Positions 23,901-33,822 of a DNA stretch of 64,000 nt are shown here, piece after piece. The translations under genes were made by a program, and so were the position numbers. Every line of letters starts with the position of its first letter. The first letter of the stretch is position 1. The notes under the pieces were generated by a model, which saw only the letters and a program-made list of their open reading frames with translations, was not told the origin of the DNA and ran no database searches. This DNA is from Thecamonas trahens ATCC 50062. Its lineage: Eukaryota; Protista; Apusomonadida. The stretch lies in contig NW_013657656.1 in NCBI RefSeq assembly GCF_000142905.1, positions 344,991-408,990 of the forward strand, read 5' to 3'.

Positions 23901-25312
23901 CAAAGGAGCGGGTACGCGCACTCGCGGACGCTGCGGTGTGGCTGGTGGCGTCATGTGCGCGGTACGCAGCGAACCCGATGTCGAAGCTGGTGGCACTAGA
24001 GCACTCGACGGTGGTCGTGCAGATGGCGGAGCTGACGCGACTGGCAGCGCTGGACATGGTGGAGCGTGTGGTGCAGCTCGCGGCGCTGGAGCGGCCGCCG
24101 TCGCCGCCGCTGCTGCTGAACATGTCAGGCGAGGCGTCGGCAGCGCGGCGTGCGTTTGACCGCGACCGGTACGCGGCCCTTCTCGCGGCGCACGCGTCAC
24201 CGTCACCGTCGCCGGTGCGCGAGCCTGCTAGTGGGGGCGGGTACAGTCGGTTTGGCGGGACGCCCGAAGTGGAGCGGCCGGTCCGACTGGCGGTGGGCGA
24301 CTCGCTGCGGCTGGAGCGAGTTTCCGAGTCGCCGCACCCTGGGCTCGATCTCAAGCCGGACGGCACGCTCGTGGAGCATGTGCGAGCCGACGAGCTACAC
24401 GGAGAAGCTGTGCAAGCGCCGGCGACCAACCTGCTTTCGCGGTTTGTGTCGCCAGCTCGCGAGACGACGCCCAGCGGAGACCGCTGGGCTGTCTCGCCGT
24501 CGCAGCAGCGAGCTGTTGCAGCAGACGAGCCACCGATGCACGCTGCGGTGGCGGCTCCCTTGTCTGAGCTTGATGCTGAGGCCGATGCCAAGGCTGAGGC
24601 CAAGGCCGAGGCATATGCACCGTTTGTGGCGGGCGACGTGTCGGAGGTCGAGGTGTACGACTCATTTGGCGGAGTGGAAGCAAGCACTGGGGCAACACCT
24701 CAGTTTGTGGCACGAGAGGAGCTGCGGCCGTTCTCTGTGGTGGGCACGGTGTTCCGCGACGCAGACTTGCTGTTTCCGCACTTTGTGCAGGTGGGAGCGG
24801 CGTTTCGGCGGCTGGAGGAGCAGCGGCTTGTGACGAGCCGAGTGCTTGTGGAGCATGTGCGCGGAACGTGGAACGGAGTGCGCGAGATGGTGCAGGACCT
24901 TGCGCCCGGATCGCCGTCGGTGGGCAAGATCACAGTGCATTACCTTGCGCTTCGAGTGGCTGTCAACAAGTTGGTGCAGGCGACGACGAACGCGATCCGA
25001 CGGTACAACAGCGAGCTGGAGGGCGCAATGCGCGGCGAGCCGTCGCCGCTGGGGCTGACGGCCGACATGCCGCCGCACTTTGCTGCGGCATCGCAAAGCG
25101 AGATCGACCGAACGTTTGACAACGTCAAATCTGCATGTCTGGCGCTCCTACGCGCGCCTCGTGACTCTGTAGCACGATCGCAGGTGTTCGAGGCGCTGGA
25201 GCCGCTCGGGGTGGCGCTCACGCCCCTGGAGTTTGACCTTGAGTTTGCACGCGCGCTCTCAGCGCGGTTGGAGGCGGGACAGCGCAAGGACTCATCTTGT
25301 GCGATAATGTAG
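17920..25312 (+). CDS. About 2400-aa protein: five SH3, divergent DH-PH (RhoGEF-like), helical C-terminal region, CaaX; intron 17955-18058; apparent frameshift at about 22900
   Basis: Five ..YDY/DF..W..G..P..YV/FV SH3 units; LSGLLYLPFKHYAGY..LLAETP (DH-like); FLLFNDLLV (PH); GTAGGT...TATAG intron in frame; one extra G at 22898-22901 joins the two ORFs; ends SSCAIM*. Confidence 0.82.
21507..21645 (+). repeat. 27-bp coding tandem repeat (A/T)EPQPVPVA x5
   Basis: GAGCCTCA(A/G)CCGGTGCCCGTGGCG repeated. Confidence 0.95.
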
Positions 25313-25399
25313 AATTTGTTTGAAGGATGTGAGGTAATTAATTAGCTCGCTTGTTTGAGGAGTTGGAGGCATCGCGCTAGATGGTGGAGGACTCGAGCG

Positions 25400-27319
25400 C
25401 TAAGCCTTCTTCTTCTCGTCAAAGTTCATGGCTGGAGCCGCGGCGTCAAAGTCATCAAAGTCGCCGCCAGGCATCTCCATCGAGTCGTAGTCGGGGTTGT
25501 ATGCAGGTGGCGGACCAGACAACGCCGGGGCGTTGTAGACCGGAAGATCGGCCGAGTATGACGACGAGTCTGAGAGCGAGTGGCCACCGTTGTACGACGG
25601 GTTGCGAGCCAGAGCAACGGCACCAGTGTTGCCCAAGTTCTGCTCGCCATCGAGGGCGTCGAGTTCAACGTCCTTCTCGTTATCAAAATCGTCGATGGAG
25701 GCTGGCGAGCCGTTTGCGTTGGAGGCTTGCGATAGCGCAAGGAATCGCTTCTGGCCGAGAATCATGAGGACAACGGCAAGAATGAAAAGGATGGAGCACG
25801 AGAGCTGCGACTTGCGGATATCACCAAAGCCGCCGACGAGATCGTTGCACACGACGCCGTTGATGGCGGAGAGGAGGTTGTTGAGAAAGTCGCACTCGAG
25901 GATGGGCTGAACGTCGCCGCGGAGGATGTTGCGGTAGATAATAACGTCGTTGACCGAGTTGTAGACGGTGTCTGCAACGGTCTTGTTGATGCCGTCAACG
26001 CACGGGTTCGACGACTGGGTGCACTGCAGAAGCGAGATAACGGCGCCAGGCGCGCCAACACGTTCCGAGTACAGCGTCGACTCCTGGTACGACGGAAGGG
26101 TGGCCTCTGAGCAGGGGACGGAGGGGAAGCCGGTGTTGTCGCAGTTGAGGCCTAGGTGGCAGATGCCACCGACTTCAGAGCCATCGGGAAGGGTGCGAGT
26201 CGGCTCTGTAAGGGCGGTGCAAGCGATGGAGACAGCGCGGTCGATTCCGTCGTTAATGACGGTAGCGAGAGCACGGAATGGGTTGCTGGTGTCGTTGGCG
26301 GAGCAATGGAAAACAGCCTCAAGAGGGTTGTTCTGCGTCCGGCGCTGAGCCGGAGGGGTGAAGAGAAAGTCGCGGGCCTCAAAACAGAGGTCCGAGAACA
26401 AGATCTCGATGAGCCAGTGCAGGCCGGTGGAGATCCAGAGAAAGAAAAGGGCAAAAAGGACGAACATGGCCGAGAAGATGTGGATCCAGCAGAAGCGCAG
26501 GTTACCGATGCCGAGGGTGAACGAGAGAAAGGCAAAGAGTGAGGGGAAGATGAAGCCGATGTTGATGGCGGCAAAGCGATAAGAGTTGACGGTGCCGACT
26601 TTGGTGTCGATGTCGCGGATGGTATCAATGACGTCGTTACCGGCGTCGACGGCCGACTGCAGGTTCTGGTCGGCGTTTGGCGGGGCGGTGGAGGCAGAGA
26701 TAATGCGGCGCCGGATGTTGTCGATACGCTGGACAAGGTTCTCGCCTGTAGAAATGGCCACGCGAGTGAGACCCTTGATGCCGTCAGATGCCTTTTTGTT
26801 GCCGGCGTAGCCAAAGTAGAAGCCGAAGAGGACGCCAACGAGGCAGACGGCGAGGCCGATCTTGACGACAAGGATGGTGTTGCGGGTGTAGGTCGACTTG
26901 CCGGAGCAGCAGCAGGCACAGCATGTGCGGACAAGGAGAAAGACGGGGATGGCGAGGAGGCAGATGATGGCCATAAAGATGCACGGGACGACAAAGCCGG
27001 CGACGTAGAAGGCGTAGCCCTCGAGATCGCACTTGGAGTTCTCGTCGAGGCCACAGAACCGGTCACCGATGTAACCGTTCTTGATCCACACGTAGCGGCG
27101 GCCGTTCTTGGACGCCGCGAGAACGCGGCCGGCGAGCCGGACAACCGCGCCTGTCGGTCCGCCTGGCCCGTCCTCGGCAGCAGCAGCCCATGCGCCGACA
27201 GTCGCCGCCCCATGAGCCACGGCAACCGCCACCACCGAGAGGGCGAGCGCGAGTCCCACCACGACCAGGAGCGACGGCGGCGACGTCGGCGAGTGGCGGC
27301 GAGGAAGATGCATGTGCAT
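25400..27319 (-). CDS. Tweety/prominin-like multi-pass membrane protein
   Basis: TM followed by CCACCC; GFYFGYAGNKKASDGI resembles Tweety GFYGNSETSDG; FSDLC after the TM pair; Cys-rich loop; final TM; PPAY in the tail. Confidence 0.7.
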   Translation of the reverse strand: MHMHLPRRHSPTSPPSLLVVVGLALALSVVAVAVAHGAATVGAWAAAAEDGPGGPTGAVVRLAGRVLAASKNGRRYVWIKNGYIGDRFCGLDENSKCDLEGYAFYVAGFVVPCIFMAIICLLAIPVFLLVRTCCACCCSGKSTYTRNTILVVKIGLAVCLVGVLFGFYFGYAGNKKASDGIKGLTRVAISTGENLVQRIDNIRRRIISASTAPPNADQNLQSAVDAGNDVIDTIRDIDTKVGTVNSYRFAAINIGFIFPSLFAFLSFTLGIGNLRFCWIHIFSAMFVLFALFFLWISTGLHWLIEILFSDLCFEARDFLFTPPAQRRTQNNPLEAVFHCSANDTSNPFRALATVINDGIDRAVSIACTALTEPTRTLPDGSEVGGICHLGLNCDNTGFPSVPCSEATLPSYQESTLYSERVGAPGAVISLLQCTQSSNPCVDGINKTVADTVYNSVNDVIIYRNILRGDVQPILECDFLNNLLSAINGVVCNDLVGGFGDIRKSQLSCSILFILAVVLMILGQKRFLALSQASNANGSPASIDDFDNEKDVELDALDGEQNLGNTGAVALARNPSYNGGHSLSDSSSYSADLPVYNAPALSGPPPAYNPDYDSMEMPGGDFDDFDAAAPAMNFDEKKKA

Positions 27320-27710
27320 GGGTTGAGGGAGGGGGGAGGGCGGGGGGGAGGAGGGGGGGGGGACGAGAGGGAGGAAGATGGTGTGGTTGGAAGGGGTTTG
27401 AGAAGGGTGTGACGAGAGCAGCGTGCGATTCAATGCGTGGTTGTTCGGTTTGGGAGAAGGTTTGGAGAAAAGCATCAAATTGGTTTGCCTGCCAAGCCAC
27501 GAGCAGAGTTGCACATGGTTGGATTAGTGATGTGGAGGGAGGGGGGGGAGGGGACGAGGTTGTTCGGTTTTGGTGACCATGGAAAGGGGAGGACGGGCAC
27601 GAGGGCCTGTCGTTTGTCTGCTTGTGTCTGCTTGTATCTACTTGTATCTACACTGCTGCTGCTTTGGTATCACGCATTGACTGCGGTTGCCGTGACCGTG
27701 TCGTGTCTTG

Positions 27711-28889
27711 CTACCGCCAGCGAGAGAAAGCACGGCGGGGAGCGGGATAGGCTGGGAGCGGGTGGTAGGCCGGCTCGCGATACTGGGTAGGGACGGGCGC
27801 GGGCGCGCTGTTGCCGACCGAGGGGCGGGCGCCGAGCCAGGGCGTGGCGTAGTAGGCCTGTGCAGCGCGGGAGGCGGCGCCGTAGGTAGATTGTGTGGTG
27901 GCCGGGGGAGGCGCGGAGGAGGCGGAAGATCTGGCGGCGGCGCGGGACGAGGCAGTCGGGACTTGGCGCGGGGCCGGCAGCGCACCATGAGCGCCGGGTA
28001 GGACGCGCGGGAGCGGGTTGCTCGTCAAGGGCGAGGGCCGCGATGATGAGCGCGAGCCCGGGGCGGAACCCTCGAGGGCCAGGGATGTCGACGTCGAGGA
28101 GGGCAGGCGGCGGCGGCGGCGGGCGCGGCTCGAGACCGAAGCGCGCGAAGCGTCCCAGGCGAGAGCAAACTCGCGCTCGTTTGACTTGATGTCGCGGCCG
28201 TCGAGAGTGGTGAGGGTTGGCGCCGCAACAATGAGGCTGCGGCGGTAGCGGAGCGGGCGGCCGAGGCGCGGGTTGCCACGCACATCGAGCAAGCCAATGA
28301 CCGGCAGTTCTGCAGCAAGGTCCTGGACAGCATCGAGCGACGAGATGGCGTTGGATGAGATGTCGAGTGAGCGGAGGGCGGTGAGGACGGAGAGCGGCCG
28401 CGGGTCACGGATGTTGTTGCCCGAGATGTTGAGGACGCGGAGGCGCGGCGCGAGGTAGGCGAGGACCGAGGACGTGAGGGCAAACGGGCGCGGATCTGCG
28501 GTGGCCGGCACGCGCTGGTTCTGAATGTACAGCTCCTCCAGTGCAGTGCAGGCTTCAAGGCCCTTGAGCGAGGTGAGGGCGTTCGACGAGACGTGGAGCG
28601 TGGCAAGCGAGCGGAGCGCGGCGAGATCGTCGAGCGAGGACAGGGCGTTGTCCTGGACCGCCAGATGGGTGAGCCGCGGGCAAGCCGAGATGCCTGCGGT
28701 AGAGGTAAGGACATTGGAGAAGAGATGAACCACAAGTGCAGCACGGCAGAGCCCCAGGTTGGTCAGATCCGAGATGTTCCGCTCCTCCAGCGCCAGGTGG
28801 GTCAACCGCCCCAGGAACTGCTCTGTCGTCTCGCCCTTGTGCCTCCGTTGCGACCGCGAGGCGCCGAGCAGGACCTCAACCGACACCAT
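27711..28889 (-). CDS. PPP1R42: LRR protein PPP1R42/LRRC67
   Basis: ETTEQFLGRLTHL, LEELYIQNQR, LRVLNISGNNI, GNP..YRRSLI..LDGRDIKSNEREFALAW closely follow PPP1R42. Confidence 0.88.
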   Translation of the reverse strand: MVSVEVLLGASRSQRRHKGETTEQFLGRLTHLALEERNISDLTNLGLCRAALVVHLFSNVLTSTAGISACPRLTHLAVQDNALSSLDDLAALRSLATLHVSSNALTSLKGLEACTALEELYIQNQRVPATADPRPFALTSSVLAYLAPRLRVLNISGNNIRDPRPLSVLTALRSLDISSNAISSLDAVQDLAAELPVIGLLDVRGNPRLGRPLRYRRSLIVAAPTLTTLDGRDIKSNEREFALAWDASRASVSSRARRRRRLPSSTSTSLALEGSAPGSRSSSRPSPLTSNPLPRVLPGAHGALPAPRQVPTASSRAAARSSASSAPPPATTQSTYGAASRAAQAYYATPWLGARPSVGNSAPAPVPTQYREPAYHPLPAYPAPRRAFSRWR

Positions 28890-29169
28890 GGTAGCCGACG
28901 AAGAGGGGTGTGAAGTGGAGGGAGGGGGGAAGGGGGGGAGTAGAGTGGGTGTTGGCGAGAGGGTTGGCGTGGTCGTTGGGCGGGGCGAGTGGCGCCGAGT
29001 CGGTCGGTCGGCTGTCGGGCGAGTGTCGATGGCGGGCATGGCTCGATTGGAGGAGAGGGGAGGGGAAGGAAGGAAGCAGCAGGTAGGGGAAAGCAACACT
29101 TTTCTTGGTCGAGGCCGAGGCAGAGCAGGTGGTGGGAGCAAGTGCTTGAGCGAGTACAAGTCGCTGGAG

Positions 29170-29816
29170 ATGTTGCGAGTGACTGGCGCGCTGTGCGCTA
29201 TGACTCGGGCGACGGCGATGACGATGGTGGGTGGAAGGACGGGTGCTGGCAAACTGCGGGCGCTGAGCTCGGGAGAGGTGGCCGGCGGGGCAGACGGCGA
29301 TGGCGGTGGGGAGATCGTCCAAGTGTTCAGCAACCACGCGCCGCAGTTGGTGCAAGCGGCGTCGATTGGCTCGGTCTTCTTTGCCGGCTCGATGCTATTC
29401 ACTGGCGCGACAGTGTACGAGTACTTTACGCTCGACGTGACTGGTGGGCTACTCGCGCCCGATTCGGTGCGGACGGTGATGGCGGGCGTGTTTGGCCTGG
29501 CCGGGATCGGTGGTGGGTACGCCGGGCGGACGTTTGTCAGCCGGTACGTGGCCGAGCTCGCGTTCAACGCGGCAACCGATGAGGTCATTGTGGGCACGCA
29601 TGGCCTGATGGGCGCCTCGGCCCGCGGCGAACCTTTCCGCTCTCGCAGCTTGTCGTGGGCGTCCGCGAGTCTGCGGACGGCTCCGTCTCCAAGTGGCTCC
29701 CGATCAAGGCTGCCGGTGACAAGTCGTACTACGTCCTCGACATTGATCGCGGCACTGTGCGCGATGAGCGGCTTATGGAGCTGCTGCTTCAGGCCGACGA
29801 TGGGCGGCGAGGATAA
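29170..29816 (+). CDS. TMEM223: TMEM223/Mrx15-like mitochondrial membrane protein; apparent frameshift at about 29637
   Basis: Transit-like N-terminus, two TMs, SRYVAEL..VGTHGLMG; the -1 frame gives PLSQL...WLPIKAAGDKSYYVLDIDRG, resembling TMEM223 LPLKVKGRRFYFLLD, with TAA at 29814-29816. Confidence 0.65.
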
Positions 29817-29839
29817 ACAAAATGGGGCCTTTACTTATT

Positions 29840-30390
29840 ATTTTACGGTACGGAATGGACAAAAGTCGTCCATCGCGCAAGCTGCGCTCCGCAGACGTCG
29901 CAACGTCCATCAATCGCGGTGTAAGAGTAGTACAATGTGTTGATGGCTGCTGTGGCCACTGGTGGGCCACAACAGAAAACAGTTGGCAATGCAGAGATGG
30001 ACGCCGCACGCGGCGCAAAGGCCCGCGGCCGCCATCGCGTACCATGAAGCTTCCGGCAGGCGAGGCAGTCGCGTCGCAGAGCGGCTCGCTGGGGAAGGTG
30101 GTGATGACGAGCAGCCGCTGCAGAGGGACGCTTCCGCTAGCGCGACAGCGCGGAGCTGACGGCGTCGGCACTGGCGGCTAGGGGGTCGATGATGTCATAG
30201 AGAAAAGCCACGCGAGTTATGGCGTTGCATGACTTCAGGCGGGTGTCTACGTGTCGGCCGCCATCACGTGCGGGCGCGCCTCCCAAGCAGGCGTTGCGCA
30301 GCGTCGGCCGGTGACCTGGAAGTCAAGCATCATCGGGTTGTTCACTTTGAGACGCGCGTCAACGCGTCTGAACGACCGCACTGCTAAGGT
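29840..30390 (+). mobile_element. Degenerate copy of the TTAA/CCCT element family
   Basis: 30234-30390 is a near-identical reverse complement of about 62396-62572 (one short deletion) and is followed by TTAA at 30391-30394; TACGGTACGGAATGGACA at about 29844 resembles the other end TACGGTCCAGAGTGGACA. Confidence 0.65.
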
Positions 30391-30410
30391 TTAATACTTT
30401 AGAGTGATAG

Positions 30411-31207
30411 TTAGACCTTGCCACTGTTGTCGCCGCCGATGTCAGACGAGCCGTCGCGGACGTCCTTGGCGCAGGTGCCAAAGGTGAGGTGGATGGCGGC
30501 GGCGATGACCATCAGAATACCTGCAATGATGACCCCAATGTAGTTGAGCGAGAGCACGGCGTTGCCGCGGGCGCCGTCGGTGCCCTTGGCGTACTGGATA
30601 GCGATGACAAAGCAGAGGAAGGCGACGATGGCCTCGCAGAGGAAGGCGCCCAGCGTGGCAATCATACCATTGGTCGGTGCGGGCCCGCAGGAGTCCTCGG
30701 GAATGAAGAACAGAACTGCAAAGATGGCGGCAGGGACGAGTGCGATGATGGCAATGATGATCATGGCGAGCGCACCCTTGCCGGCCGACTCCCACTTGTC
30801 ACAGAACGACTTGATGCTTGGTGGGCACTTGTCAAACGTGAACTCGCCCAGATTGGACTGCTTGAGCGACGCCTTTTGCAGGCCAATGTGGTCCTGTGGG
30901 CATGGCTCAGTGTCGGTAGCTGTGAGTAGAGGTGGGAGGAGGGAGGGAGGGCGTGGTGTGTGCGATTCCACTGCACGACTTTTTTTGGCGTTCCGTAACA
31001 GCAAGAAATCAATGCCAGCAACAGCAGAGCGACGGAACGGTGCGAAGAGGGGGGGTAGGCATGGGTCCTTGCTCCACGTACATTGTTGATGGAGAGCCAG
31101 AGAAGGCCAGACGTGCCCCAAACAAGGAGGCAGAAGGTGACAGCGAGCATGATCATGGCACACACATTGCAGCATGGCCAGCAGCAGGAGCGTTCACAGC
31201 AGCCCAT
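30411..31207 (-). CDS. Four-TM claudin/PMP22-superfamily-like protein; exons 31207-31082 and 30893-30411
   Basis: GTACGT...CACAG phase-0 intron; spliced product has TM1-WL..GL..C..C-TM2-TM3-TM4 and a Cys-rich N-terminus (MGCC). Confidence 0.7.
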
Positions 31208-31989
31208 TCAGCAAAGTTAAGGAGAGGTGTAGCAGCGTGCGAGGCTCGGCTGGGATATACCCAGAACCCAAATCAGATCGAATGCCACAGCGTGCGCATC
31301 AAGAGCAGCTCAAGAAGGTACCCTCGCCCGGCGCGTAGCCAGTCAGCTGTCTGTGGCTGTGGAGGTGAGCGTCTCCAAAGTGCGCCGCTTATGGATTGAC
31401 AACCCAGGGCATGGCACCCAAGGCGTCCCTACGCATTGCTGCTGGCGAGATCAGGCTTATATAAGCTGCGTTCATCACGGCATGACAGACCATCCCGGCG
31501 TCCGGCGTCTCGAGGTGATTGGGCGTGGCGAGTAGCACCACAGGAGTCCACACAGCGGGCGGTCAGCGATGGTCGCTAGCGCAACACATGCACACCACGG
31601 TGCTTCAGCGCCATCGCCAACACAACGGAGCACACTTTGTGTGCCGAGCAATGGCGTTACCGCTGGACACGTCAGGCGAGGCTATCCCAGTCGAGTCTGC
31701 CGTGCTTCGATAGCAATCATCTGTGCCGTCATGGAACACTGACGACAGGCTGACTTTGGGTCGTCGCACGAGAGTCACGGCCACGGGGCAAGGGGAAAGA
31801 CACTCGACGCAAGTCGCCTTGTCTTTACGGACCAACACACATCGGTAGGCAAAGAGTTTGCCACAGAGACCAAGGCGGTGTCGGAGCAGACTCCGCCAGT
31901 CGGTGTAGGTCACGTCAGTGTCGGTGCCGGGAGCAAGGAACAAGTCGAGGCCGGCGATCAAGGCAGGCGAGCAGGGAGGTCACACAGCA

Positions 31990-33365
31990 TGTTGGCCGGC
32001 TTTACGGTCTCAGACTCATGCTCGGGCAATGGTGGCGATAGTAATGATGCCATTTATGCCAGGGCTGCAGTTGGTGTCGCTGCGACGGCCTTACCGGGCT
32101 TGCCGGGCCATGGAGGTGTGCCGTCGGACTCGATGTCCGACTCGAACGAGGCAGCCAATGCGAGCACAGGCGTCGCGGTGGCGCCAGTGGCCGAGGAGGC
32201 CGTGGCAGAGGCAGAGCGTGAAGCGGCCCGGCGCCAAAAGTTATGGGCAAGGCAGATGATGGTGCTTAGCTCGTCGAGCTCGTCGAGCTCGTCAAGCTCA
32301 TCGACGACAACGACGTCGGGGTCACTGAGCTCAACTTCGTCGACCGCGAGCTCGTCGTCGACCACCGGGTCGCATTTGAGCGCAGAGGCGCGGCAGTGGC
32401 GAAATCGGCCGTGGCGGCGGCAGCAGCGGCAGCGAAGGCGGCGGCGAAGGCGAAGGCGAGTGCGGCGGGATGAGGCATCATCGCCGCCTCTGCGGGTGCG
32501 GGCGCTGAATCTTCCGATAGACGAGGCCGGCCGCCGGCCGCGCTACTTTTGCCACGGATGCCGACGGGCCGGCGTGAGAGTGACGCCCGACCTGGCGTGT
32601 ACCTCGTGTGGCTCCGATTTTGTGGAGGAGCAAGCCGCCGTCGGAGGCGTGGACGGCGAGGCGATGCCGGCCTCGCTCCGCAACATGTTCTCGGTCATTC
32701 TCACCGGGCCAGGTGGATGGTCGTCTTCGGACGACAACGAGGAGGGAAACAACGAGAACGACGATGGGACTCCGGATCTTTCATCGATCTTTTCACAGCT
32801 TGTGCGGTCGCTGCTGGCGGATCTTGTGTCGAGCAACGAGCAGCTGGCCATGCAGTCCGGCGGGGTGCCGGGCGGGCGGAGCGGAAAGGCAACCAACCCC
32901 GAGGTTGTGGAGCAGCTGCCGATCATTGCGGCGAATAAGGCGGAGCAGGCCTCGCTCTGCCCAGTGTGCCAGGACGAGCTCAATCCGGAGGTTGGAAGTG
33001 GTGGCGGCCGGGCTGGTCCGTCGGACCCAGAGCTGGCCAAAGCCAATTGCGCCGACGGTGATGCCAGCGGAAGCCAGGCCACAGCGCCGCAGGCACGGAA
33101 GCGATCCAAGCTCCGAAACTTGTTGACCAAGTGGCGGACTGCACGGGCGCGGAGCAAGGCCGGACGGGCAAAGAAGGCGACCAAGGCCGAGGTGGTGGCG
33201 CGCCGCGAGGCGCGGACGGCCAACCCGTTTGACCCGGATGCGTACGCCGCGACCGACGTCTTTGTCCTGCCGTGCAGCCACCAGTTCCACGCCCAGTGCC
33301 TCATACCGTGGCTAGAGACTAACTCATCTTGCCCACTCTGCCGCGCCGACCTCAACACCAGGTAA
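31990..33365 (+). CDS. RNF115/RNF126-like RING-H2 E3 ligase with zinc ribbon
   Basis: YFCHGC..CTSCGSDFVEE zinc ribbon; CPVC ... LPCSHQFHAQCLIPWLETNSSCPLCR; start uncertain. Confidence 0.85.
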
Positions 33366-33822
33366 ACAGACCCCGACGTGAGTCACAGTCCCTCGCCCAG
33401 GGCGTCGCCCAGGGCGTCGCCCAGGGCGTCGCCAAAAAAAATGAGCGGTTGCATGAAGGCGCGGCGGAGCCAACGTTTTGCTGGGGGCGCGAGAGGCGGG
33501 CGAGAGAGGACGGGCCGGAGAGGGGAGGGGAGGGGAGGGGGAGGCAGGGGCGACCGGGGACAGGAGACGGAAGACAGCACACTTGACGGACACCCACGGG
33601 TGTTGCAGACGCAGGGAGAGCCAGCCGGTCGTAGAGCACGGCTAGTAGGTCGCTTGCGAACGAGGCAGGAGCCCCTTCCCAGGACCCCCCGTTGTTGCGG
33701 GTGGCGGCGGCGTGCGTTCCGGGGGCAAGCCGGCTCCGGGAACAGCAGCAAGGCGCAGGGGAGAGCGAGGAAAAGAGAGGAGGGACGGGCGGCAGGCAGA
33801 GGAGACGCGTGCAGGCGTAGGC

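Noticed and set aside
28890-29597. N-terminal extension of the LRR ORF
   Set aside because: Overlaps the divergent TMEM223-like gene; PPP1R42 similarity begins at ATG 28889
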